Source: Mizuhopecten yessoensis
Taxonomy: Eukaryota
Length of the DNA stretch: 64,000 bases
Assembly (NCBI RefSeq): GCF_002113885.1
Contig: NW_018405595.1
Location: 1,653,965 to 1,717,964 of the forward strand
Direction: 5' to 3'
Position numbers and translations under genes: made by a program. The notes below the pieces were generated by a model that saw only the letters and a list, made by a program, of their open reading frames with translations, did not search any database and was not told the origin of the DNA. This document shows positions 25,201-38,900 of the stretch, one piece after another (positions within the stretch are counted from its first letter, which is position 1; each line of letters opens with the position of its first letter).

Positions 25201-28200
25201 TGGAACTCTTTAAGGCAGGATACTTTTAAGTTGTTTTATATTTAAACAATCTTCTGGGACCTTATTTGTGAAACCATTCTTAAAAGATTTTCCTTTCTAG
25301 CCAAATATTGCTTTGAGAATGAGAGCGATGTTGCTTATTCAGACCCTGATATATTCTTCATATGTATTTACGATATTAGCATTATGGAATGTTCAATGAA
25401 GTTATATATTTAATGGTTATGACAAAATTATAATATCAATTACATTTTATACACTAGGTCGCTATGTTTACAGATAATTACCAGATATAATAGTTATATC
25501 ATTAATACAAACGAGACATTTATTTGTTCCACAAAGTGTCTGTATATTAAACCTTATTACCTATATCATGACTGAGCGCGATTTTATTGCATATGAACAA
25601 ATTTATATTAACTGTCCGGGATGATATCCTTTGCCCTTCTACATGGACATATCATATACATGCATACTGTTATATAGAGGCATTGTTAGCTTTACATATT
25701 ATAATTTAGTAATTAAATTAACTGGTTTTTAATGAAAAGAATTTCTCATGTATAGAAGTTATAAATACGAATGATTCATGGTTTTGGGGTGAAAGATATG
25801 AAGAAATTATTGTCTTAAAAGTCCAGCACAATCTAGACACTATGTTATGTTTTTTCAAAAATAAAAATGTTTGTCGATTGATTGTTCCAGAACTAGATTT
25901 GTTTAAAATACTTTCATCGTTTTAACTGGTTGATTGTTCCAGAACTAGATTTGTTTAAAATACTTTCATCGTTTTAACTGTAGAGTGTCCGGCTTTTTCT
26001 ATTTTCATTTCACAATTTGTCGGGTTCCTCGAACTCACATAATCCTAACTAAACACGATCTGGGAGTAAAGAAACGTAACAGTGATATGTATACGTGTTA
26101 TAAACAGATATGTTGATACTAGAGTTAAGATGAGGAATCTGTGATCAGCTGAACTTTGATTGACACATACGTAAGATGACTATACTTGGTGTAAAGTGTT
26201 CCAGTGGCAGACTGGTACGGAGTCTCTCCATTAGCTGACAACAGCTGACATTTTCATTAGAAATTAACATGATAATTTTATGCTAATTTGATACGTAAGT
26301 AAAGCATTGATTCAAAGGATAGGAGACATAGGTATTAGTTACAATACATCGTGCATACACCTGAGATAGAGATGGTGTTTCATGCAGATGCACTTAATAT
26401 TGTGGCAATATTTTGTTCTACCATATCACGCTGGATTAGCATATGGAATAATTCATAAAGTGATTAAATACAAAATCTATACGAGGATATGCTTGAGTGA
26501 TTAGCATATACGGAAGCCTTGACGTGTGGACGACCAATACAGGAAACAACAGTGGCGTTCACATTATACAGGTTTACGGGCTAGACAGGTTCCTGATGTA
26601 TAACCTACCTGTACACACTTGGACTTCAGTCTGATTCGTGGTACACCGAATATCACGACAAACATTGAGGATATAACACTATGTATTCTATATGATAAGC
26701 CATGTATAGAATCACATGCATTGGACGATATGTAACGAGAGTTATACGTAATACTCTAAAATAAAACTGATCATTTATTCTGAAAGTAATTTGTTTCATT
26801 CCTGCACCTGTTTATTCTGAATACTACGAAGCCCGGAAAGGGACACAGTGAGAAAAACGAGATATCGGTTTTACATTTTTTTACCATGACCTTTCCCGGG
26901 CCCAATCAAGATTACCCATATATTCTCGAAATATGATTGGTGTGATCCATTTACCTGTATAATTTGTATTTTTCAATATCAAATGTTATTTCTGTATCCG
27001 TGTAATTGAGTACACAATTGTGCTGATAATCATCTGTCTACGGTAACCTGTCAACAGTAGGAAGTGTTACCCAGTCACCTATCTGATATGTACATATAAA
27101 GGTTCCTATCGAGTGATGGTAGTTATCATGTTTATCTACGTGTATCTCGAATTAGTTCATTTTCAAATTGTTAAAAGACACCAGGTGAACCAAGTGTCTC
27201 TTAACAATTTGAAATTAACCAATGCGAGTTTAATGACCATGATAGCCATCACGAGTTTGAGAACCTTTTTCTCTCTCGTAACGTTTATATTTTATTAGGA
27301 AAAACACATATATTTCCACTGGAAAATACAAATACAGTTGTTAGTGGTTGCGGGAGAAATGTATTTACTTTGACCCTGTTAAGTTTAATCAGGATTTTAC
27401 TCTGTTATGACCTTTGTCGTTTTCTCTCTGACACAGTCGGGACTGTTTACCTGTGGATATCCCAATGGACGACCCTTATTACGACTCTTCCTGTATGAAC
27501 TTTGTCCGAACGGCTCCAGCCGCTGGACCAGAGTGCTCCATAGGTGAGGCACCTCATATGTTGTAGAAAGCAAGAAAAACGGCTCAATAAAACCGGGCAT
27601 TCTGGAAAACTGACCGTCTGGCTCTCTATATTTACAAACTGACCTACAGATTAATGTGTACATGTGGGTTGTGTTCGAGTTATCCTCGCTTTCGTTTTAA
27701 TTACCTCCCTAAGTTGTTTTCCTTATATACACATATATTTTAATTTTACTTTAAAAAACCCGATTGATTGTTAAAAACAGCTACCATATTTAGTTAGGTA
27801 GTACGTGTTGCTTTCCGTTTTATTTTATTTTCTGTTTATCTTATCATTATTTTAACAGGGGACAGACGCATCATAATAACAGTAACAATAATCAATAAAA
27901 AATTGGAACATTATCATTAATACTTATCCTTTTTCTCTCGCATGAGATGATTTGTTATCCAAATGCTCTTTCCTATATTAGAGCTATTTAAAACAAGTTA
28001 TATTCCTAGAATATTTACAAACACAGTCAAAATGAGTTAACTAATCAGATATGTCTTAATTATTAGGTGAGAGACGTCCAATTAACAAAGTGACGTCATA
28101 CCTTGATGGTTCTGCAATTTACGGATCAACAAAAGAAGAGGAAAGCCGTTTACGTCAAATGGAACATGGTTAGGCAACTACATGTTTTTGTATTCTCTTT

Positions 28201-31200
28201 AAAATGTTGTGAGCACGATTTAGGATGACTGGTAAAAAAACAACAGGCCAATGTAAACACTGTACTTCAAAAATATGAGAGTGAATTACTATCAGAGATT
28301 AAAACAGCGAACACATCAACTCCAGATCTCAATCGGGAACCTCCGGCACTTTCTGTAAACGAGAAAACATTTTCTCGTTTACGGAAAGTGCCGACGGTTC
28401 CCAATTGCTCATAAATCTGTGTCACAGGTATTTCAGCGAATTTTATATACATGCATAACATTAAAATCAGCGTTTGATTTAATTAATTACAGAGATAATT
28501 CAGTTTTTTGAAGAAATCTTTGTGAAATCTTTAAATCATCCATATTCTAAATTGTGACTTCATCAGAAGTATTTCTCAGGCAATATATAGCCACTATACA
28601 TTTTTATAAAACTTTTACTTACCATTACTACAGGACTGCTTCGAGAGGGACACCATGGTCTTCTCCCTCCTACCGGAAATGATAACTGTATTCTACAGAA
28701 GAAAGGACAACAATGCCAGCTGGCTGGTTAGCCTCTTTTTTATTTTTTATTTTAAAGTTACGAACCATAAAAATTGACCCTATCGATTTGATATCATTAA
28801 TTCTTCTTTTTTCACGTTAGAGTATATTGTACATCATTTGCAGTCGTATGTTACGTTAAACGTTTTAGTTATTAGTATCATTAGAGTTATTTCCCTTTGT
28901 CCGTTTGTAATATAACAATCTATATTACGTTATCAATGTAATGTATTACAAACATTTTAATGTTACAGAATGTATGTAAATATGTCATCATTTATCTAAC
29001 GAGTTCCAAAATAACATTTGTATGAAAAAGATTACTTTATTCGTAACGCTGAACTTTTGTCAAGGTAACATACGATTTTTTACGCTTTTGACAGCAGATA
29101 AACAAAGACAAAATGTAGATAGTAAAATTTAGAGTGGATACCGGTCAATTGAACTGTTTTTGTATGGTATTTATGATCTATTTGAATGACACAGCTTTGC
29201 AAGCAAACAACATAATGCGCGCTACTAGATCATAAATATCATACACAAACAGTTCAATACTTAGATTTACGTTTTCTCTTCCTCTTATGTTCTTTTTTAA
29301 CTTATGATTTATATTTAAAATTAAAAATGCCCGCCTTATCGACAGTTCACACAATTTCGTTCATGGTTTGAACAGCGTATTGTCGCGTGCTGATTGGCAA
29401 ACAAAGTAGTACTTTGAAATTTTAACAAACACTTCAATTTTATTCCACAATTCAGTATCAATACAATTGCGTATGATATGTCTATAGGGTGATTTAAGTT
29501 TATCAATAGAACTCTGAGCTGAAAGTTAGATTTGAAATTGTTTCGATTTTTCCCCGGAACAAATTACGCGCATGGACAAATACAGTGAACACCGTAAATC
29601 CGACCTAGCCCTCCACGAGGGATTTATTTTTGGAAGTTTTTGTGAAGAATGTATGGGAATCTGACTATAGTCAGTAGATTCTTTAACAGCCTCGTTATTT
29701 GACATGTCGTTATCAGTAACTGGGGCACCGTGTCTGCGAGACGCGTAAAACTGATATCGTTTGATAAGTTTTTGATCTTGCGACAGAGCACAGGTTCGTT
29801 ACAAATGTCTGAAATGTTTATGTGTGGCTTGACTCATATCAGTAGGTCTGTAACATATGTCAGTAGGTCTATAGAATATGTGTATTTCAGACATTTGTAA
29901 CGAACCCCTGTTGATCAGTGCAGTGTAACAGACGATATTTCTGATAAATTGCATGAGCGTTAAAATTGTTTCCATTGCCGGCATTGGTGATTTCAACCGA
30001 TGTGCATTTTGTACGATACATTATGTATTACAGACCTTCGTCTTGTTTTCGTTGTAATAAAAGTATTTTTTATTTACTCTTTTCTTTTGCACATAAATTT
30101 ACGATGACATTGTCAAATCTCACAATGCCAAGCGATATTTCAGCAGCCGTCATGTTTATTTATATTGAATATTGTAGTTCCGGTTAGTATTGTATTAATA
30201 CGTTAAGAATTTTGTCTCGTGCTGCATGGTAATTAAAGTCCCATCAACGACACAGCTTTCAAAGAGGCTATTTAGTGACAATGCCATGCAAATGTAAATA
30301 TATTTCGATAAACTGTATTTAAAATGAGCCGTCAAAATTTCACCAGAAAATATTTTTGCCATAGCCCCGGGGCCCTCGGGCTTCGTTTATCTATTCGTTT
30401 ACAGAGTCATCTTTTACACTTAATTATATGGATTTCTAATATAACATAATCTTACACACAACCGAAATATACTTCTTTGCACATTCTTTATTCTAGGGGA
30501 TGAACGTTCAAATTTAGTGGCCTCCATTGGTGCCTTACACACTCTGTTCATGCGCGAACACAACCGAATTGCGTTGCATCTTCACGAAATCAACCCGTCC
30601 TGGGAAGATGAGCGACTCTACCAAGAAACGAGGAAAACCGTCGGCGCAATTATCCAACACATCACCTATCACGAGTACCTGCCACTGATAATCGGGAAAC
30701 CTCTCATCAACTTTTACAACTTGGACGATACGGAATTCGGACACGTCCAGGCGTACAAAGACTACGTTAATGCCGGGGTTTCCTCTGGCTTTGCTGCTGC
30801 CGCTTTTAGATTCGGACACTCTCAAATTCCCAAAAAGCAAACGTACATCGGACCAAAGTTTGAAAAGAAGAAGGGAGTAGTTCTTGAAAAGACATTCCAC
30901 AAGCCGTACTATCTACAGAGGAGCAAGCATTTTGGTTATGAGGGGATTCTCAGATGGTTGATCTCAGATCCGACTCCTACGGTCGATAGGTAATTTACAT
31001 TTACGTGTTAATTAATTTGACCAATTTATCTATTGGTCGAATCTTCCCAAACATTAAGAGAGTCGGGTATAATCATACGCATAAAAAGTCAATTATTGAA
31101 AAACACTCATTTTTCGCGAGATTGGTTGTTTTGTGTTGCTTATCTTATCAACTTAAACTAAAGATAAATACATTATACGACAAATGCTCCTTTTGCTAAT

Positions 31201-34200
31201 CCAAATCCTCGCGAATCATTCGATTAAACCTGAGACTCGGAAATATTTACTCGCGACAAGCTCAATATACAGGTTTAAATCTGTTTTACGAGTCTTGCTT
31301 GTTAGTAGAAGATTGCCATCAAATATTTCCCCTTCATATTTGAAGGGGAGACATCTGAACACATTTTGTCATCGCAAACAATGCGGTGTGTTTTAACTGT
31401 GTCTCTGTTTGGGACCCTTGTCATTTTCTTTAATCTTATCACGTCTCTAAAGTTCTCGTTACTTCATTGACATACTAATTTCTAAGCTACGCATTGCTCT
31501 CGCTCGTTTCCCAATATATTTGCCATTTTAGGCCCTGTAAATGAGGTTCATATTGTACAATGCAGCATTGATAGGCCGTTAGGTTTTTAACATGCTACCA
31601 AACACACTTGTAATTTAAAAGTCTGTACAGCTTTTTGTTTCGGTTTGTATCCGTTGTTGAAAGGGTAAACCTGCAGCAGTTGACACGATGTAAACATATC
31701 ACAGTAAACGCATTTGCATTTGTGAGCTATTTTCAAAATTGTATTTTTTGTTCATCCGTCGGCATAATAACATATATTAAGACCGTACTAAACCAGCTGA
31801 TATGTCTAACTGAAAGATCAGAGAGAGCGATGCGCGGCATATCTCTTTGATGTACACCTATACATGTGTTTAAATTAATACGGATGAGACAAAAGAATAT
31901 GTTATCGATTCTCATTAGAAATCAACTCTAAAAATTACTTACCAAATTTCCAATTTCCGTCTTTTTAGCAAACTCTATCACTTCCAAAATAAACAGTATT
32001 ATACTCATGTTAATTTTTTTGTTATCGCAATTAAATAAGAAAGCAGCTGATCATAATACTTCATATTGTATATACAAGTTTCCTAAAAACATCACCTACC
32101 TAAAAGTTGTATATGATTAACGAATCATTTGAATGTCATCAGAATCGCAATATCCAACATGGCATCAACTGGACTCAAAGTGCAAAGTGAGGTCACAAAG
32201 GAGTTTTATTGAAATAACGTCAGTTTTATTGAAAACTTGAGTATTCGAAATTGTGCACTGCAAGAGATTGAGATTATTGCTTCACGATGTTGTTAGAGAA
32301 AGGGTATTGTTATATTCGTCTGCTTTCCTTCAAGGTACCTTGAAGATGGTGTCCGCGATAGGCTTTTCTTGTTGCAAAACATTAGCCTCGATTTGGCTTC
32401 AATCAACATCCAAAGAGGACGTGAACAAGGAGTGCCGTCTTACAACGCATGGCGGAAATGGTGTGGACTGTCGGAAGTGACGACATTCGAGGTCAAACGA
32501 AATGGTGGTCTCGAAGATCACGACGAAGAAACAGCTGCAGTATTGCAAGAGTTGTACAGGTAATCTTTGTCATTGACTTCTAGTTCATGTAAGATTACAT
32601 TTACAAGTCTAGGAATATTCTTTTTTGCAAGGTTCTGCCTGAGACATAAGTGGTACAAAACTATTATATATACGGTAGCATGGATCACTGGTGAAAAACG
32701 AAATAGGTCTTAACGGCTTGAATAGTGCAAAAAAAAAAGCTTGCACGCATCTTTCCAGCTGTATGAACCTGAAAATCATTTGCGGGAAGTAATCCGGCTA
32801 ATGTCTGACAACGCTCATTGAGAACATTGTAAGTATAGCCACTCCGACACAAATGTGGTAATGATCTAACCCTTTGGACATGAAAGATATATTTTATGGT
32901 TTAAATATATTTTTAGGAGTCCCAATGATATTGACCTATATTCTGGTGGAGTATCTGAGGTTCACGTCCGTGGTGGTAGTGTTGGACCTACATTTGCATG
33001 TATAATTGCGCGACAGTTCAGTGCAATGAAGGTTGGGGACCGCTATTGGTACGAAAACAACGACACCACCACCGGGTTTACCACAGGTAAGCACAGTTTC
33101 ATATTGGATAGGTATCGGTTCACTAAGGATAAGTAGGCTTACTAGTTCTATATCGGAACATGTAGGTATTGGTTTATGTCGGGTACGCCTTCTGGTTCAC
33201 CTTGGTAGGTACTCGTTAACAGAGGGTAGTTTTTGGTCACATTTGGTTAGCACTAGTTCATTTTGGGTTGATACTGGTTCCCATCAGGAAAGAAAACACC
33301 AGTTCACATCGGGGAGAGGCATAAACAATGTGTTGATCCAATTGTGTTCATAGCTATATGACTTGCAGCGTTAATGCAAACTTTAAAGTGTTATGAATAC
33401 TTACTACACATTTGGTGCTTTTTCCAAGCGTACTTTAAAAATCTTGCCAGGTTCTCCCCCTCGTCTCGAGTTTTCAAGATATTATAGCAATTATTTTGAA
33501 AATACCATTGCGTTTATTTGTCAATATTTCCCGGGTCCCTATGTGAGAGCCAATGTAGCAGAGGTGATCTGAAGAGAAATTCTCCGCCGCCGAGTCGGTA
33601 GGAACCAACTAGTATTTCATCAGGGTGACACATCAGCAGTTCTACTGTATAGTGCTTCTATGATTCTATCACTTCTATACGTTTCGTGGCTATTAGGACG
33701 TAATTCATGTTTTTGAATTGTTCATTACTCAGGCCAGCTGGATTCCATTAAGACGATAGAGTTATCAAAGCTTATATGTGAAAATATGGACATCCCGGAT
33801 ATACAGCGAACTGCCTTCCTCACACCTAAAATAAGGTAAAGATATAGAGTTACGTTGTATGCATTGTTACCTTTGTATAAAGTTACCTCCTTTACTAAAG
33901 AGTTTACCATTACGAAGCCTGTAGAACTGGTTTACGAATTGAAATTCAAACTTACTGGCAGCATTATTATATCTTATAAAATAATGCAATTATGAATGTG
34001 TTAGCAATACTGAAAGAACGGGAAAATGAGGACAAACACGTTAAGGGTCACGTGATGTTAGGCGTTCTGATTTATTTTACCAATGTTTTATCATTAAGTA
34101 TACCTGGCCCGCTGTAGGTAAAACACTAGAGAGTTCCGGTGGTTTGTTTCGTATGTTACTTTCGTTTTGGCTGTAACTGTAGGACAATTAAGTAATAACA

Positions 34201-34800
34201 CTCCCATTGACAAGATAACTTAGTTGGTCAGAGCGGCTGTATAACAGAGGTCCTGTGTTCTTTATCAGTTTTCACAAAAGTCCCACAAGATGTGGTTTTC
34301 AATGCATAGTTTCGGTTTTTGGCAGTAGTACAGAGAACCTTAAATGTATAAACGAAACTTTTTAACGGAAATATATATATTGTTGTAGTGGTGTACACAC
34401 ACGCCATATCCCGTGCTCCTTCCTGCCGGACTTAAAGTTCAAAGCATGGCTCGACAAGACACCCAAGTGGTCTGAAAAACTAGCCCCGCAGCCATCAGCG
34501 CAACCGACTGTTGAATCAACCATTGCGGCCGAAAAGCCGACTGCACCGTCAAAAACAGTAGAAACCCTTGCTGCCGAAAAGCCGACTGCACCGTCAAAAA
34601 CAGTTAGTTCTGTTACCGGTGTAGAAACCCTTGCTGCCGAAAAGCCGACTGCATCGTCAAAAACAGTTAGTTCTGTTACCGATGTAAAAACCCTTGCTGC
34701 CGAAAAGCCAACTGCAGCGTCAAAAACAGTTAGCTCTGTTACTGATGTAAAAACAACAGCACAAATTGTAGCGGATAAAACGACATCAGTTGCTGCCTAG
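19245..34800 (+). CDS. Secreted animal heme peroxidase (peroxidase-cyclooxygenase superfamily; chorion peroxidase/peroxinectin-like), 833 aa; exons 19245-19467, 21734-21860, 22348-22568, 23022-23201, 24398-24443, 27437-27543, 28067-28168, 28634-28726, 30497-30989, 32335-32559, 32917-33086, 33733-33835, 34389-34800
   Basis: All junctions are GT-AG and phase-compatible; total 2502 nt. Signal peptide. Motifs YRTIDGSCNN, LPNPRNIS, WGQFINHD, CMNFVRT, TSYLDGSAIYG, AGDER, LFMREHNR, FRFGHS, DLASINIQRGR, DIDLYSGG, VGPTFACII, GDRYWYEN. AATAAA at ~34862. Confidence 0.93.
20202..21640. repeat. 20-bp minisatellite, ~72 copies (ctgtgtgtatggacttcgta), in the first coding intron of the peroxidase
   Basis: Directly visible. 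35 identical units at 20841-21540, with variant units mostly toward the 5' end. The unit contains no stop codon on either strand. Confidence 0.99.
25877..25980. repeat. ~52-bp tandem duplication
   Basis: ttgattgttccagaactagatttgtttaaaatactttcatcgttttaactg occurs twice back to back. Confidence 0.9.
29148..29258. repeat. Inverted repeat with 33-bp arms (small foldback element)
   Basis: attgaactgtttttgtatggtatttatgatcta pairs with tagatcataaatatcatacacaaacagttcaat (2 mismatches). Confidence 0.8.
34524..34757 (+). repeat. Coding tandem repeat (42/60 nt) in the last peroxidase exon
   Basis: Four AAEKPTAxSKTV units; the 20-aa period is TLAAEKPTAxSKTVSSVTxVx. Confidence 0.9.
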
Positions 34801-35165
34801 AATAGCCGAGTCGTGTCTCCAGTATACTCCTTACTTGATGTTTTGATGGTAGATACTTGGTAATAAAAATGTGATGTTTTTATTCTCGAATTTTCCTGGT
34901 TGTGTTTTGTAGTCTCTTAGTTAGGGCAAGCGGGTATACGATTGCCATTGATGTACCGTGTGTAGTAAGCAGGCTATATTTGTAACTAATATTGAACTAA
35001 TATAAAAAATAGGGACGGGAAAAATTAGAAAATAAAATCTACTTCAGTTTTGGAGAACGTGAATTGAATATTATACATACTAAACTGAGGAACAATTGTA
35101 GTTTCTTTCAGTATGTTTTTTAAAGTTGTGTCTTTGTACCTTTGTGAACATTATATACATCTATT

Positions 35166-35309
35166 TAAGGATTAACCTTTTGTTTTGTTTAGTTTATGAG
35201 ATAATAAATTAAATGGAGCACAACGAAAATTGCGTTTACGAACAATCTACCTCGTGCTCCATTGGATTTATTATCTCATAAACTAAACAAAATAAAAGGT
35301 TAATCCTTA
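35166..35309. repeat. Long AT-rich palindrome (~56-bp arms), probably the end structure of a Crypton-like or foldback element
   Basis: taaggattaaccttttgttttgtttagtttatgagataataaattaaatggagcac pairs with gtgctccattggatttattatctcataaactaaacaaaataaaaggttaatcctta. Confidence 0.85.
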
Positions 35310-35733
35310 TATTTACAATAATTTCTTTCAACAATAACACCATTAAAAGAGTCTGATACAAGCATTTACCTTGTGTAATCTGCGTTCAAATGATGTTGAC
35401 GTCATGTTAACCCATGCGAAACAGCCATTTGCTAAAGCCGTTGACAGACAGCTCAACCCCGCACACTTTCTCCGTGACAACAAAAGAAAATAGTTCCTCC
35501 ATTTCAATATTTTTATTCACATAAAATATCCTTATTTTACTTCATACAATATCTTAATAATTGTATTAGAAGGTAATGGAATAAATAATTTTGTATGTGC
35601 ATGAAATTGAGGAATTAGGGCAAAATACTAAGTAGAAAATACTAATGACCGCGTACGTCCATCGTTTGAAAGTGATGCGCACAAAGGCGGGAAATAGAGA
35701 GTGGTACCATGTCCTCGAGCGATAGTAACTAGC

Positions 35734-35930
35734 CTAGGCCTGGTGGAAATTGAATGTGCAGTTATTGAAGTTGCTACTTGTAAGCATACCAGAGGTTTGT
35801 GCAGATGACATGTATGATGTGGATAAATCGTTTGTTGGCCAAGTGACTTTTGGGAGACGAGAAGTTTGACCTATATTTCCAGGAACAATAGCCATCGTTT
35901 CTGTGTCATGGCGGCCGACACTCATACATT
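35734..35930 (-). pseudogene. Possible C-terminal relic of a Crypton-type tyrosine recombinase
   Basis: Ser/Thr-rich stretch ending FNNCTFNFHQA*, a tail I associate with invertebrate Crypton/DUF3504 proteins. Adjacent to the long palindrome. No catalytic motifs are visible. Confidence 0.35.
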
Positions 35931-38900
35931 GATGGAGCGTGTTTGTACCGACAAACAATCGCGACTGTAGCTTCTGACACGAGCTGACAAAAGCATCNAA
36001 AAAAAAAAGTTTTTATTTTGGTGTCTCGAACGCACGGTAGTCTAAATGCTAGCGTTTGTTTGTAAACATTGACACGAGGTTTGCGGAAAGAAGTCTGCCA
36101 ATATTTACATATATTCATTCGCGGTGAACTGGGTCACGTTCTACACTCAAGTTATTGAGAAATAAACAGACTTGCCCACACTTTCAGAAACAGTGGCAAT
36201 TGTAAATATTTCATGTGTATTCCTACTATCATTGTTGTCATGTAATTGTAAATGTATGACGGGAGAAGGCTGTGATAAGTTGTAATAACTTGTGCCAAAT
36301 CCCTTATTCAATTTTATTGGCAATAAATGTGTTTAAAGTAAAGTAACAAAATGGTTTAGAAAGTAGTAAGGAAGCAGGCAAGCGTGAAATGGGTAGTTAT
36401 ATAATTAATGTAGATTACAAATTGTAGGGTAAACTATTCTATTTTCATCTAGCGCTTGCGTTCATTACCGATAGCAGTAGCTGTCTCAAGTAAACAACTA
36501 CATGTATATACTTCAGACCAGGAGCTGTAACCCCAGATTTTTAACTTAAGTCCCAGTCCCGGCGATAATTTAATGAATACTCACATTTTACATGCATCAA
36601 TGATTTGGAAGATTTCTGGCGAGACTAAACGCCGAATACCCTTTTCAGTGTCACATGATTTCAACAGGTTACGTGAAAGATTGTTTCAGCGAAGAATTCA
36701 TGCTTGAGCACGAGAACAGTTTCATCAGTACGTGTTCAAGTTAATTACCCAGATAGAGCTCTAACAACATTAAAGGAAGAAAATGCCGTAACAAGAAGTC
36801 ATCAGGTAGCAGATACAGTAGAGGGTTGTGGCCATGGGTGATATTTTTGTTAAATGGCTAACCCCTGTATAATAATATGTAAAACAATTATACAAATAAA
36901 ACTGTACTAAAATTGGTATAAGCATGATGAAGTGGGCGATGTGAGCTCCACATTTGTAAAAATAAATATTTTTTTGGTTCGAGAATAAAATGTTGGCCAT
37001 AATCCGAAAGGGTGCCTACCCATGAAAAGCTAGCTTTACAGGAGGTAAAATTTTGCCAACAGCACACGACGCAGAATTGCAAACAATCAAGTTTTACAAC
37101 TTTACTGGGACCCAGATAATTCTGCAACCAGGTAGGTAATCTTTAATTTCAGACAGAACTTAGGAAAAAAAACTAGTTGCGGGGGTCAAATTTTGTGTCA
37201 AAAATAGCAATTTCTGAAACATTCTGAAATGGTCTCAAGTTAAGGTAGCCATTTCAACTTCTATATTATCAGATAAAGAAAGGCGACCGATACATGCCAC
37301 ATGAGTAAATAAAGATTCCTTTATCAAAATATACAATGATATGCTATGTTTTCATGAGTAAAAGTATGTAACAATTTTGTTTCGAAATACATGGTATATG
37401 TAAAGTAAATTTGTCCTAGATTAGTGACAAATAAAGGGACGCTGTCCCATTTGGCTAATGGGAGTCTATGTCCAATCGATTCTTCCGCTCTAGTTAGTTT
37501 CAAAATATCGTACAATTGTTGGAACATTTTGGCACAAATGTGCGCACGATGGATTAACGATGTGCGATAGCAATCGTGGTTGTTGCTAATAGAGGAATGA
37601 CTTAAGAATGAAAACTTCGTTTTCAAACTTCTATCAACTTGAATTTCAGGTGTATTTAATATGTCTATGTTTTAATATTAATATTCAATTTCGAAATTGT
37701 GTTTTGAGCTTTTCATGATCGACACGTGCGCAACACATTTTTGACACGATCTCATGCACATACATTTGTATACAGGTACACGGTTTTCAGTTTTTATTTA
37801 ACCTTGAGCTTCACGACCAGTCAGCATTACATATACATACCACCATTTATAGTTAAATACATGTGCAAAACACATAAAAGAGTATATATCATTGTAAATA
37901 CAATAGTATAATACAATAGTATAATACAATACAATTGAAGGTATACAAGATGTTAACCCTCGCTATGGAACATTTTGATAACTAATGTACAAGTTCGATA
38001 CATCCAAACAACATATACATGTATCAGTTCTGATCTTTAGTTGGGGTATTTGAATATAACCTGTATCAGGAGGTTGAACTTTATGGTGACTGTAGTGTCT
38101 TTCAGGGGGCTTGTTAAATCATTGAGCTAATAACCATCATTTATGAACACTTCGACATTAAATTCCAATATAGATATATTTGATAGGATCTGAATGATTA
38201 ACTGGGCTATTGAGTCCAACACCATCCATCCTTTAAATCGGTTTGATACTGAAAACCTATATCCCCTAGCGTAAGTTTACGTATTTAATAATGACATGGC
38301 ATGAAGCCAATTGCCAGTGAGGTAGGTTTTTTGTTAAGGGAAAGCCGTAGGTAAATATGCGTGTAGCTATTACCGAACTAACGCAATAGCAAGGTCTTTC
38401 AGTGAGGAATAAACACGTACATTTTCCCACGCTGTCGACCGACAACACCGTGAACTGATTGCACCCATAACACGTAATTGTCACTTTAAATTTACAGAAT
38501 AAATCGCAGGCGAGAATTATAAATATGTAAATAAAGTTACCTATTGATATTTCGATTTACAGTTGAATTTGGATAAAAAAAAAGTTAGAGCATGCACACA
38601 AGAGGGGACCTAAGGGATAATTTGAGAATGAACTAAAAAATATTGAAAGATTTTTGGTAGATGCTAGTGATTCAGAATAAATGTCTGTACTAGTATCACA
38701 AAGATGCTGCGTAAATGAAGACATATTAAGACCTATTTTTCAAAAATATAAAACACATTTAAGCATGCCAACTTAGCTAGAGTTTCACCGACAGCTGCCG
38801 CTAAAAAGTATTACCGTTTCTTCCTTATTGATTAAGAACGCAAAAAAAAAAATTTGCTCTTGCCAGTTTCAAAACAGGAATTGTTCATAAGGAGTATGAG

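Noticed and set aside
26824-30387. One large element bounded by acgaagcccg (26825) and cgggcttcgt (~30387) that captured peroxidase exons
   Set aside because: The left end has its own nearby partner (~26885-26902) and no shared TSD is seen. Two separate decayed MITEs are more likely.
34214-34260. tRNA gene
   Set aside because: Only A-box-like and partial B-box-like sequence, with no cloverleaf. At most a SINE head relic; the same applies to 63950-64000.
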